Assembly (NCBI RefSeq): GCF_000143415.4
Contig: NW_003314290.1
Coordinates: 1,160,932-1,224,931, forward strand
Length of the DNA stretch: 64,000 bases
Direction of reading: 5' to 3'
Origin: Selaginella moellendorffii
Lineage: Eukaryota; Plantae; Lycopodiophyta
How positions within the stretch are numbered: the first letter of the stretch is position 1; every line of letters starts with the position of its first letter. The notes beneath the pieces are model-generated. The model searched no databases, was not told where the DNA came from, and worked only from the letters and a program-made list of their open reading frames with translations. Both the position numbers and the translations under genes were made by a program. Below, piece by piece: positions 1 through 11,649 of the stretch.

Positions 1-790
1 ACATGGGGATAACTTCCCGAATACTCCTTTTTCAGTCCCCACTCAGTCCTATCTTGTCCATGGCCGTGTTCGCTAACACTGCCAGTAGGTTAAGGTCCAC
101 TGGCCTGACCACTAAATCCCACTATCCTTTAGGACTTCCTCACCATGTGATTGTATCTTTGGTCACTACATTAGAGGATTGCCCCTTTTCTATTCCACAG
201 TCTAGGACTTTGAGACAACATTTCGGAATACTATAGCCCTACGCGAGCCTCATGGGTACTCTCCCCACCTTCCACCTTTGGGTGCTCTAGCCATGGGGCT
301 AGAGCAAAGTTCCATTGAGCCATGCCAAATATCCAAGTAGGTAGTGCCACCCATGCTTGGATTGTGAGCTTTGATTTTTCGCCCCCCCGGGGGAAAAAAA
401 AAGGGTTTTTAAACCTTTCCCCAAGGTCCCCTCTTTGTTTTTTAATTTCCCCCCAAACTTTAGCCCCCTTGGGGGAAATTTCTCCCCCCAACCAAGGGGA
501 ATACCCTTCTTGGGTCCCATTATCCTTTCCGGGCCAAACAAGCTCCCGAGGGGTCCCCCCCTCCCCCCCCTCCCCCCCCCCCCCCCCCCCCCACTCTCCC
601 TACTGTACTTCTAGAACCCCCAGCAGCCCCCCCCCCCCTCCCCAAGGGGACGATTGCTTTGGGCTTTCACCCAATAGCCTTTATATTAGTATTCAGACTT
701 GGACTCGATCTTGGTCTCAATCTCGGACTCAGTCTCAGTCTCGGTTTTGGACTTAGACTCAGTCTTGGTTCCATCTTGGACTCCATCTCG
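1..790 (-). mobile_element. LTR-retrotransposon LTR/UTR fragment (same family as 2444 and 38649, inverted)
   Basis: Bases ~1-370 are the reverse-complement homolog of ~38770-39110 (ctccccaccttccacctttgggtg vs cacctagaggtggaaggtgggga). 640-790 resembles 42740-42990 (gattgctttgggcttt plus the 12-bp repeat). 380-640 is homopolymer-rich and looks like low-quality sequence. Confidence 0.6.
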
Positions 791-1499
791 GGCTAGTGTG
801 CCAAAGACTTGTATGTCCCCATGGCTTATAGTAACATGTTTAGCCTAATTGTAATTCATAGGTTGACAATACCCTAGCTCAAATCTTTCAGAGAATGCTC
901 AACGTTCAGCCTCTAAGGCAAAAAGATTTGAGCAAATTCAAACTTGTATAAACAAAGATGCTCTAAGGAGCCATGAAGGAATAATAAGGGAAACCAATAG
1001 GCTCATTGATGGTCTTATCCACAAAATAGAGTCAAGAAATGATCATAATATGTTACATCATTTAATCCTTTGAAGTCCTCACATATTCTAAGTTTTCTAT
1101 AAGCTTTTCAAAGCACAATATTAGAAACCTAGTTTGAATGAGCCACAAGAACAATAAACCTTGCCAACAAGAGCTTTTGGATCTCTTTCTTAATTGCGAG
1201 ATGAAGAGATAGATTATATTGCTATATATGTTGACAAATATCAAAGAGTTTAATCTTATGCATGAGTGTCTATAGGAACATCTAGGAGTTGGTTGTAATC
1301 CTATGCAAACACATCAATGAAACTCTAAAGCAAGCTAATAAACTGTATCACATGTTCCTCATTCTTTTTCTTTAGATAAGAAAACCTAGTAGCAACAAAG
1401 ATGTAGCTCTACCTCGGTCTCCATCTTGGCTGGGATCTCAACTAAAGTCTTCTATGGGGAGGCAATACAGTGCGATTCCAAGCTGTTGGCTTCCCCATG

Positions 1500-1800
1500 G
1501 TTGTGATTGCATCATGTGACAGACAATTAGCCCAAACATTAGCTTTATAAAGAATGCTAATGAAGATGGCATCTCTAAAATTTTGTTATGAGTTAGCAAG
1601 TCATTAGTTGCAAATCTCTCATGAATTAGACATGGTGGAGCTTTAGTTCTTTTACTAATTTCATGGCATTGATCACAGCCACATACTCAACCTCATTTAC
1701 AGATAAAGCTGGCAAATGCATGGAGAGCTTGGCAACCTACTTATCCTGACCATCAATGATCCAGACACTAACACCACTTTATCGATATTACAAACACCAA
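1500..1800 (-). mobile_element. Degenerate Ty1/copia pol remnant (RNase H region)
   Basis: Minus-strand translation ALSVNEVEYVAVINAMKLVKEL matches the copia ALS(T/S)xEAEYxAxxxAxKE motif; stops nearby. Confidence 0.6.
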
Positions 1801-2443
1801 ACTCCATCAATATAAGCCACAAATTGAGGAATGGAAACTTCTCCAAATAAAAGGAAAGGATGTACAATATTGTCCTCTACCAAGCTTAGCTAGAGCTCTT
1901 AGCCCTTTGCATTGAAAGTTGTGCTAAGAGAGTTTGGTATTGACTCTTGGGCTCAATCTTTATTGAAAAAGCATATAACCACTAAGGGAAGATCTTTTAG
2001 TATATTAACACTCTTGATCTTCCTAAATTGATGCTAGGCACTACTCTAAATTGATGCCAGTGCATGCTAAATTGTTGGGCCTTAAAAGGTAGACACTAGC
2101 CACCTCCAAAACATCTAACTCAAGTAAATTCTTATCATGAAGCAGCTCTAGAAAAATGACTGGGAAATCATTTCTAACTTGAGTCTACACCATTTTCACA
2201 ACTTTGTGCTGTCCAAAAAGAGTATGCCTTTGTTTGTTGAGGAGAATGCTCATGTCTTGCCGTATAAAATTGTAAGTATTAACATGTTTCACAATCCACT
2301 ACCTTATGCCAAGTGCAACCAAGGATGAGGTAGTCATTGTCCTAAGGTGCCCTGACAACTCAACCACCAAGAAATCAATCACAACTTCTACACCCTTAGT
2401 CCAACTTTGTAGTCCAACAAAAGTCTTGAGCACAATTGCAATA

Positions 2444-2945
2444 TGTGAAACACAAATCCTAGAGCCCCAAAAGTGGAGCCGAAAGGGTGCCACGTGGTAG
2501 TGGCCAAAATAGAAGCCAAACAAGAGTAACACATTTAGACTAAAAGCTCTTACTTGAAAAGTCAAGAGTGGGAGTGGAACTCCCAATGAAGTGTTCGAGA
2601 AATAAACACAAAGCAAGTAATAAGTGAGTCTCTAGAAAAGGGACATAAAAGGACCAACACATGACACATGGAAGAGTATGAGATGGCCCAAGATGGAGTT
2701 GAAGATGAAGTTCAAGATGAAATCTGAAATGGACCCGAGATGGAGTCCGAGATGGACCCGAAGTGGAGTCTGAGATGGATTTGAGATAGATCCGAGATGA
2801 AGTCCAAGATGGATCCGAAATGCAATTGAAGATGGAGTTCAAGATGGAGTATGAGATGGAGTATGAGATGGAGTCTGAGATGAACCCGAGATAAAGTCTA
2901 AGATGGACCCGAGATGGAGTCTGAGATAGAGTCCAAGATAAATAT
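2444..2945 (+). mobile_element. LTR 5' end fragment (TGTGAAACACAAATCC...) followed by a 12-bp tandem repeat
   Basis: 2444-2580 aligns with 38649-38770 (TGTGAGACACAAATCC...aagtcaagagtgggag); both start with TG. Confidence 0.65.
2685..2940 (+). repeat. Degenerate 12-bp tandem repeat (AGATGGAGTCCG/AGATGGACCCG), about 20 units
   Basis: Periodicity is directly visible; reverse-complement copies at ~690-790 and ~42800-43010. Confidence 0.85.
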
Positions 2946-4585
2946 CTATATAGTCTTCTGTCAACTTGACCATGGCATTGGTTCTTCTATTATTGCCTCG
3001 GGATACCCCAAAAACATTTTCTCTTCTTCCATATCAACATTGTATTTCTAGCAACTCCAAAACCACTATGTGTTAATTTTGGACAATATCCACCTTGCTC
3101 TTCCTCACTTCTTCAACTTGTTGGATTACTCTATGGCAAGGATCACAAAGATTCTTGGCCAAACTGTGGGAATCCACTGACACTCATAGATTTTGCATGA
3201 GAGGCACCATTCTATGGAGATTTAGTGGCACAGCTAAAAGGAACCTTAGATATGCTGAAAGTGCCATGCTAACCTTAAGCTCTTCTAAAGAATAATGAGA
3301 ATCCTCCATATCCACATCCAAAAGGTCTTCTTTGGTATAAAGACATGAAATCACCTCTAAAAGATTGGTCACTGCTACCTTACCATCCAGGCTTAGGCCT
3401 GTGCTAGTCATGATCCTCCTACAGAATCTCTTGCTTAGGGAAAGCTTGCTCCATCCCCTTTTCTTAATCTTGGGCTTGTTCTGCTTGCTCTCAAACTCCA
3501 AGCATACTTGCACCACCCTCTTGGGCACCTTTTCCCTTGGCCACTGGTGTTTTTTATTAGGCACACTACTCAGAAAGGCCAACCTAACATTGCTTCTCAT
3601 GCTTTGTAGAGGGTTCACTTGGTCCTAAACAAGATCCACCTTTGGCCATCTTCCTACATTCAACTCTTCAAGAAGATATCACAATAGTATTAGTTTAGAG
3701 ATCAACAAAAGAAACCTACACTCCAGAAGCTAATTCTCTCTTGGTGTTAGAGAAATCATCTGCATGTGAAAAAGGTGTGATGAACAAACTTGTCACTCAA
3801 GCCATATAGCATGCAATATCCAACACATTAGCTTGGCAATATTTTCTTGATCTCTCACTAATACAACTTGGTTGCTCTCTTCTTGCTAGTGGCAGCCTGC
3901 AAAACAAGTGTGCACATGTGACCCAGCCTCACAGCACATTGCAGATGCCTCCAGATCACACTCCAACATCAATAGAAACACATTTATTATTCAAATAAAA
4001 GAACCTACTTCCATAAATGCACTTCAATCTAAGCCACTCAAGATGCTTGTAAGCAACAAAATACTCTCATACTCTAAAGCACACTCCAAAAAACATTGTT
4101 AAATATAGAATCCCTAAAGAGTGGTGTGAGGCCTAACTTAATCTTCACTCCCCTGCTTCCCACTTTTATTCTCCAACTGTGAGATTCTTGGGATCTCATA
4201 ATCCTTTGCTCTATTTGATTATGAGTTTGCTCCTTCATGAGTTTATGGGGTATAGGCTTTCTTTGATTTTTATTGGCTTTTCATTGACTTATTTTGATTA
4301 CATTGACGTGTTGAGCTCAATTTTTTGCTTGCAATCTCAGGTTGGATCTACTGAGAAGTTCTTCTAAGAACAAAAAGCTTGTCACACTGCTCTCTTGCAG
4401 TTTTCAATATGGATAACTCTGATTCCATCTCTTTGAAGACTCTTAAAACACCAGCCCCAGCCAGTGGGACGTTTGTCCAAGCCTGCCAAATGGAAGTGAT
4501 ACTTTATAATGGGTTTACCCTAAGAAGCCTTACAAATTATAACGTAGGCTGTCCATTGTTAAGAAATGCCCTAGGTGGTCATTCC

Positions 4586-6924
4586 ATGGCGGACGAGGTG
4601 ATCGGACGAAAGGAGCACGCTTTTCTAGTCGCCGCGGCCTACTTTCTGCGCGATGAGGCTTGCGGCGATGATCGCGGGGTAGAAATCGCTAGGGAGGAAG
4701 AGAAAGAAGCGCAAGAACAAGGCAGCGAAGAAGAGGAAGAAGACGACGAAGAGGAGGAGGGAGAAGAAGGCGAAGAACAAGGAAGCGAAGAAGAAGAAGA
4801 AGAGGAAGAGGAAAAAGGAGACGAAGAGGAAGAAGGTAATCCAGGTACTAGCGATGGTCAATCGAGCGACGAAGAAGACGAGGAGCTCCGGATGGATCCC
4901 GTCATTCTCGATCTCCTCCCTGATCCATCGTCTTCGGAGGACGAAATCGAGGCGATGCCGCGAGAGAGAGAAATGCCGCTGCCGGGGCACGCAAATGCCG
5001 CGACGAGGGATAGGGTCGTCTCCGGCAAGTTGCCGCGCGATCGAGGGTTCTCGGGCGGGAATGGCAAGATCGACAGGGACGAGCAGCACTGGCGCCAGCG
5101 CTGGGAGATTCTAGACAAAGATTGGCGGCCGACAAAGAGCAGCGCCAGCGATCGGGAGGCGCGGCCAGATGCCGTCGCCGATGGAAATCCAGGGAAGAAG
5201 AAGGAAATCCGAGTGGAAGAGCAGCTGGAATCGGGCCCGGCGAAGCCAAGATCGTGGAGTCGTGACGCGTCCTTGCGATCGAACATCATGAATCCTTTCA
5301 GCGGTGGCTCTGGAGCTAGAAATTTCGTGGCGAGATTGGAGGCCTCGCAAGGAGGAGATGCCGGCAGCGGTTATCCGGGATCTTCTCCCTACCTGACATG
5401 GAATGTGCGATCGCGGGCGATCTCTCTCCCCGATTCGAGAGAGAGCCAATCTTGGCTGGAGGCAAAACCCTCTTCTTTTTTCTCGAAAAGGAGGAGAGAG
5501 GAGGAGGAAGAAGAAGAAGCTATGGCGGGCAGGAAGAAGAAGGCGTTCGCGCTGTTCGATCGGTTTATTTCGTGCAAGAAGATCCCTCGTCCCAGAGATG
5601 AGGCGGCGGCGTCGGCGGCGGCGTACAAGCTCACGGAATCTTGCAAGCTGGTTCTCCAGGGCGGCGATATCACGATCTGGCGCAAGGATGGTCACAGCGA
5701 TGCGATCGTCAATGCGGCTAACGAGCGGATGCTCGGCGGCGGCGGCGTGGATGGAGGTAAGCAACGCGATCCTTGATCATCTAGGTTCTTGTTCTTCTTC
5801 TCGCGTGATTGGGGGTTTTCTGGGAGCATTCTTGCTTGGTTGGCTTTGGGATTTTTCCATGGCATTTTGGATCGATCGCATCGTTTGCCTCGTTTTCTTC
5901 TTGGATGCATGCTGGTTGGATTGATATCGCGGGAATGGTTTTTTTTTTTTTTTTTCCTTGGATGGCTGTTACATTTTTTCCTTTGAGAAATGCAGGCCCC
6001 GATTGGATCGATATCGTGGTTTTTTTTTTTTTTTCTTTCTTTTTCCTGGATGGCTATTACATTTTTTTCTTGAGAACTTTTTTCTCTTCTTTGTGTGGTC
6101 TTCTTGCATTGCGAATCTCTCCCAACCTTGGAACTTTGTGTTTGTTGGTGTGATCAAAACTTATAGACTCGGATTTGGCTAGATTTGAATAACTTGTTCC
6201 GGAGCTTTCGCGAGATCTCACTTACGTGCATTGCGTTTTTGCAGCTATTCATGACGCGGCTGGGCCGGAACTTCGCGATGCCTGCCGGGAATTGCCACTA
6301 GTGGAGCCGGGAGTGCGCTGCCCAGTCGGACATGCCGTGGAAACACCGTAAGTGTTCGTGTGTAGATTCTTTTTCTTAGACAAATCTTTTGTTCTTTGGT
6401 TGCAGAGGCTTTTTGCTGCCGGTTGCGCGGATCATCCACACGGTTGGGCCAATGTATTTCAAATCATCCAGAGTAAAGGCAGCTGCTCTGCTACGAGATG
6501 CATACCGGTACATGTCTCTAGTTTCTGATTTGTTTCCTTGTTTCTAATCTTCCTCTTCGCAGCAACTCACTCGAGCTTGCGAGGGAGAAAGGCGTCAAGT
6601 TCATCGCATTTCCTGCCATCTCGTGTGGAATCTACGGGTAAGTTTGTTAGTCTCTGGCCTTTCGTTTTTCTTTCTTTTGGAAACTGCTCGTATTTTCTCT
6701 GCTTAGGTGCCCTGTGGACGAGGGTGCCGCGATTGCTTTGGATGCCGTGCATGCAAACGCTGCCGACTTTGAAGAAGTACGTTTGCTTGTGTTTTATCTT
6801 TGAGCCATATGTGGAGACGTCTTGTTTTGCATAGATACATTTCGTCCTGTTCGATGGGTCTGCAAGAAAGGCATGGTTCGAGGCAGCCGATAAAAGGTTT
6901 CAAGCATTGGATGTAAATGCTTAA
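4586..6924 (+). CDS. Macro domain (Appr-1''-p processing / mono-ADP-ribosylhydrolase type) protein with long acidic N-terminal extension
   Basis: Spliced GT-AG exons give GDIT..DAIVNAANERMLGGGGVDG|AIHDAAGPEL..CPVGHAVETP|GFLLPVARIIHTVGP..|..IAFPAISCGIYG|..|IHFVLF..DVNA* (TAA 6922-6924). Start uncertain: ATG 4586 or ATG 5522. Confidence 0.9.
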
Positions 6925-7615
6925 GGTTCGTGTGCTCTTCCTTCTTTTCGCTCGTCATTTAATGCATTGCAATGCTAGGCTTTAAACCCTTTTCTAGTTG
7001 CGGAGATCCAGGAATGGATGATCAGCCTAGACGGGTGTAAAAGACGAAGGTCCGGCGAAATTTTTCCGTGCTGCTGGCGTTTGTTTCGTAGCTGAATGTC
7101 CATACAATTGCTATGAAGGTTGCCACTTAAAAATATATCATTTGATCAAAGGCGCAAGTGGCAGCTAAGCGTGCGTAGAATGTGCTCTCGAGAAGAGAGT
7201 TTTGATAGTAATTCGATAGAATTTCCAGTCCTTTCGTTCATAGTTTCGACACCAAGACCTTAGAAATAAGAACAAAACTGATCCTACCTTCATCTGATCT
7301 TCCAGTAGAGGATCTTTTGTATTGAAGATCCAGCACAGTATTGAAAGAAAAACATGACAAACAATCGAAAAGAACTTTGTAGGAAGATGACCTTCTCCAT
7401 TCAGTCCAATGAACTGCAACACATGAAAAATAAAAATTAAAAAAACAAAATAGCTTTTAAACACCTTAACTTGTTAGTGTGTGAGAAGATTATGTTTTAA
7501 TGGTTAAGATTAAACCTTGCTAATATAGATTTTATAGTCGGGTCTTACCTCCATAAAGGTTTGGATATATAGAATAGTTTTCAGACGAAAAGGTGGCAAT
7601 GGCAAGCTTTGTCGA

Positions 7616-10600
7616 TCACTTGTCACTCTTTCCCGTGGATCCAAAGGGCTTGGGAGGCTTGGAGAAGTCCTCGTCCGGGAAGTAGTGCCTCCTCATCTCG
7701 TCAATCGAGTTCCACTTGCGAGAGCCGTCGGGAAGAACAAAGCCGCCAGCCTTTGGATCCGGGGCCTTGTACGTTCTCTTTGGCGGCGTGGAGAAATCCT
7801 CGTTTGGGAAGTAGTGCCGCCGCATCTCGTCGATCGAGTTCCACTTCCTGGAGCCGTCGGGGATGACGAATCCACCCGCGCTGGGGTCGGGGGTCTTGTA
7901 AGTCCTGCGTGGCGGCGGCTCGTTATCGCAGTTTGGGAAGTAGTGCCGCCTCATCTCGTCCACCGACGTCCACTTGTTCGTGCCGTCTGGAAGCTTGAAC
8001 TCGGGCATTGGTCCCTTGTTGATCCTGTTTCCAGCAGCAGCTCCTCCTCCTCTGGATGAACCAGCAAAAGAGCTCCTGGTTGCTGGAGATTGCGACGACG
8101 GGGGAGGAGAAGAGGAAGACGCGTAAGGATTTGCTGGCGATGGCGATGGCGATGGAGAAGGATTTGGTGGCGTTTGAGAGCTTGGTGGTGCTGGTGGAGC
8201 GCCAAAGCCATAAGAACTCGCAGGCGTGCCGACGTCTCCACCCAAGTAGCTCGTGCCATATCCAGTTCCAGTGCCAGGTAGAGCCGAGCTTGATACAGTC
8301 TGAGGGGACGAGCTCGAAGTTTGGCCTCCAGTCGAAGCGGTTGGAGTAGCCGATCCAGACAACGACGACGCTAGGGTGGATTCGCCAGAGGCCGGTGTTG
8401 ATGGTGATGATCCCGTTAAAGCTGGCGAAGTTGACGATGATGCTACCAGCGTCGGCTCGCCAGCTGACGAACTACTAGATCCTACTGAAGCTGCCGCTTC
8501 AACACCAGAGCCACTCGCGGAGACTGACGGTCCCGCACTAGATCCAGAACTCTCTGCTGCGATTACCAGCGTCAACAACATTGTATTCAATCTTAGAAAC
8601 CAAATCATACTCAAAGACTATATACCTGATTCAAAACTTGAAGCCGCTCCAGGGGCTGCCGCCTGCGAGCTAGTTGCAGCAGCGCTCTCACTCCCATATC
8701 CCGTGCTCGGGCTTGAAGATGGTGCGCTGCTCCCATATCCCGTGCTCGGGCTGGAAGATGGTGCGCTGTTCCACTCCGTGCTCGGGCTTGAAGATGGTGC
8801 ACTGTTCCACCCCGTGCTCGGGCTCGAAGATGGTGCACTGTTCCACGCCGTGCTGGGGCTCGAAGACGGTGCACTGTTCCACCCCGTGCTCGGACTCGAA
8901 GATGGTGCACTGTTCCACGCCGTGCTTGGGTTCGAAGACGGTGCACTGTTCCACCCCGTGCTCGGACTCGAAGATGGTGCGCTGTTCCACGACGGCGTTG
9001 TCGAGGATCCAAAGTCTGGAGTGCTGCTCGTTTGGTAGCCGCCACTCGTCGAGGACCCAAAGCCCGTAGAGTTTCCTTGGTAGCCTCCCGTCGCTGTGGA
9101 GCCAAACGAGCTTCCTGTGGAGCCTCCCGGATACGAAGAGCTAGGCGTGGTCCCGTATCCGGGCGAGGAAGCTCCAGGATTTCCCCCGAGGAAACTTGTA
9201 GCCGAGAATGGCGTCGTAGAGCTGTCCGGCTCTGTGGATGGCGGCGGCGGTGGCGGCGTTGGAGCGGTGCTCATCCCCTTCCTCCACCCAAAGTCAGTGC
9301 TTGCGTTGGGCGTCGTCGGGTTGCTGTGGTATCTGGGCGTGAAGCCAGGCGAGCTCCTGCCGAATGAGCTTCCGCCACCAAAGGAGCTCCCGCCAAAGCC
9401 GTTGGAGCTACCATAGCCGGTTGAGCTCCCACCAAAGCCCGTCGAAGAGTTTCCACCGAAACCACCGCCAAAGCCACTTCCAGTTGAAGAATTGTCACCA
9501 AAGCCACCCGAAGAAGTCCCACCGAAACCAGTGGAGCCACCAAAGCCGCTTCCAGTCGAAGAACTTTCTCCAAAATTTGTGGAGCCGCCAAATCCGCTTC
9601 CAGTCGAGGAGTTCCCACCGTAGCCCCCACCGAAGGTACTCCCTGCTGACGAGCTTCCACCATATCCGGTTGAAGCATTTCCACCCCAAGAATTTCCCGA
9701 GCTTCCATATCCAGTCGAGGAACCACCTCCACCGTAACCCGTGCCAGAACTAGTAGAACTTCCACCAAAGCCGGTCGAAGAGTTTTGACCATCACCAAAG
9801 CCCGTCGAAGAGTTTTGACCATAGCCAGTCGAGGTGGATGAGTTTCCTCCACCGTAGCCAGTGGACGCGTCTCCAAAACCAGTCGACGTTCCATAACCGG
9901 TCGTGGAGCTCGGGGTTGTGCCAGTCCCATAGCCAGTCGATGCCGGGGACGTTCCGCCAAAGCTTCCATAGCCGGTGGACGCAGAAGAAGTTCCGTATCC
10001 GGTCGACCCAGGCGAGCTATAGCCTGTTGATGGGTTTCCACCATAGCCTCCGGTAGTCGAGGACGTTCCAGCACCATATCCAGTCGAGGGCGTCGTTCCA
10101 GCACCATAACCAGTCGAGGACGTTCCAGCACCATACCCCGTCGAGGGCGTCGTTCCAGCACCATAGCCAGTCGAGGACGTTCCAGCACCATAGCCCGTCG
10201 AGGGCGTCGTTCCAGCACCATAGCCAGTCGAGGACGTTCCAGCACCATATCCGGTCGAGGGCGTCGTTCCAGCACCATAACCAGTCGAGGACGTTCCAGC
10301 TCCATAGCCAGTAGAAGAAGCTCCACTCGCGCCATAGCCACCGCCATAGCCCGTCGACGAGCTCACACCATAGCCACCCGCAGGAGCACCAGCGCCTCCA
10401 GTATAACCAGTGGTCGATGGAGTAGCCGGAGAAGCAGCCGCATCAAAAGTAGTAGCAGGAGCACCACCAAGTCCACCAGAAGCAGCAGCGCTTCCAGTAG
10501 ATCCTCCACCGGATAGAGCATTCGCATCAGCTTCTCCACTAGAAGCAGCCCCTTTCTGGCCAGAATAATCAGCGCCACCGCCAGGAGGAGCCACAGAGCT

Positions 10601-11020
10601 ACCATAGCCCCCACCGGGGTTATCTACGCCACCAGCGCTTGGATTCGCCCATGTCTTCCCAATCCTTTTGTCGATAGAAGAGCTCCCCGTGCTGTAGACG
10701 AAGTTCTTCTTGTCCTCCTCGGTGGCATTGGGATTAATCCAGATGTTGTTGTTGTTGCTCACGCCGCCGCCATAGCCGGGGTTAGAACCAGCTCCAAAAC
10801 CCCCACCACCGCTCGAGGCGCTGCTATCAGCGCTGTATGAGCAGCATCTGGTTCCATACCTCGGATTCGCGAAGAGACGAACTGGTGCTGGCGATGGCGC
10901 CGGAGCTGGAGACCCTAGCACGCTCTTGCGCAATGCCGCGGGGCTCTTCCCCGGCCGGGAGGCAGGGAATGCGGTCGACGGCGCCAAGCTTGGCGCTCCC
11001 AACAGGACCTGGCTCGCCAT
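7616..11020 (-). CDS. Orphan Gly/Ser/Thr-rich low-complexity protein (~1111 aa), probable plastid transit peptide, three C-terminal ~40-aa repeats (protein A)
   Basis: The 800-aa ORF joins the 7616-8614 ORF in frame through a GT-AG intron at 8625-8557. N-terminus is Ser/Ala/Pro/Arg-rich with no acidic residues. Repeats: GYGAGT(T)PST, WNSAPSSSPST, PDGxxKWxS[IV]DEMRRHYFP x3. Confidence 0.8.
8690..9000 (-). repeat. 36-bp coding tandem repeat (WNSAPSSSPSTx), about 8 units
   Basis: Unit gaagatggtgcactgttccaccccgtgctcggactc is repeated. Confidence 0.9.
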
Positions 11021-11114
11021 AGCCTAGGGTTTTAGAAAAAAATATCTTCCAAAAACCCTTATGGTAAAAATTTAAACCTCCTAGTAGGAAAAACTCTAGG
11101 GGTTACCAACATGT

Positions 11115-11187
11115 GACTCCATGGCCCAACGGATAAGGCGCTGGTCTACGGAACCAGAGATTCTGGGTTCGATCCCCAGTGGAGTCG
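11115..11187 (+). tRNA. tRNA-Arg (anticodon ACG)
   Basis: GACTCCA/TGGAGTC acceptor stem, CTGGT-CTACGGA-ACCAG anticodon arm, GGTTCGATCC T-loop. Confidence 0.97.
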
Positions 11188-11649
11188 TTTAATTAAGTAC
11201 TTGTTAACTTGTTAACCTTTTGTTGCTAATTATTTTATTTTCATACAATATTTCAAGTGATGCCGTTTAGTTGCAACTTCGTTCCATGGGCGCTATCAGC
11301 CTACATAAACGCTTGTGAAGCTTAGTGGATATGCAACCTTCTCGCGAGAGGTGGTGACCCTAGGAGTTCTTGAGGGGGAAGCAACTAATTTTAGCTTGCA
11401 AAGACAGCTTTGCCTAAGGAGCGAAGCCCCGGGAAGAAAGCCAGGGAGAAGAAATTAGTGAAGAACGCAGGCCCTGGAGGACTGGAGGAGAAAAATGACA
11501 ACGAAGGCGGGAGGAAAGCAATGAAGAAAAGCCCACAGAGGAGGAAGATGCTTTGGCCGAAATTACGACATAAAGGTACTTGCAAGTTTTTATCCTCATG
11601 TCTTTCGCAAGAAGATTACTGCTTGAGAGGCTAGTGAGAAAACTGGGAC

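Noticed and set aside
322-756. Pro-rich extensin-like ORF / poly-C G-quadruplex tract
   Set aside because: Homopolymer-rich, low-quality-looking sequence inside a repeat homologous to ~42.4-43 kb.
2685-2940. 12-bp, 36-bp and 217-bp periodic arrays as CRISPR-like arrays
   Set aside because: No unique spacers, no cas genes, eukaryotic context; these are simple tandem repeats.
9276-9295. WRKGM as a pyrenoid-type Rubisco-binding motif (W[R/K]xx-hydrophobic)
   Set aside because: Single copy per protein, lacks the helical acidic context, also present in an RNA helicase, and pyrenoids are not known in this plant group.
8376-10347. Repetitive ORFs such as HPVLGLEDGALF (plus) and MVLERPRL (minus)
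   Set aside because: Antisense or alternative-frame shadows of the tandem repeats in protein A.
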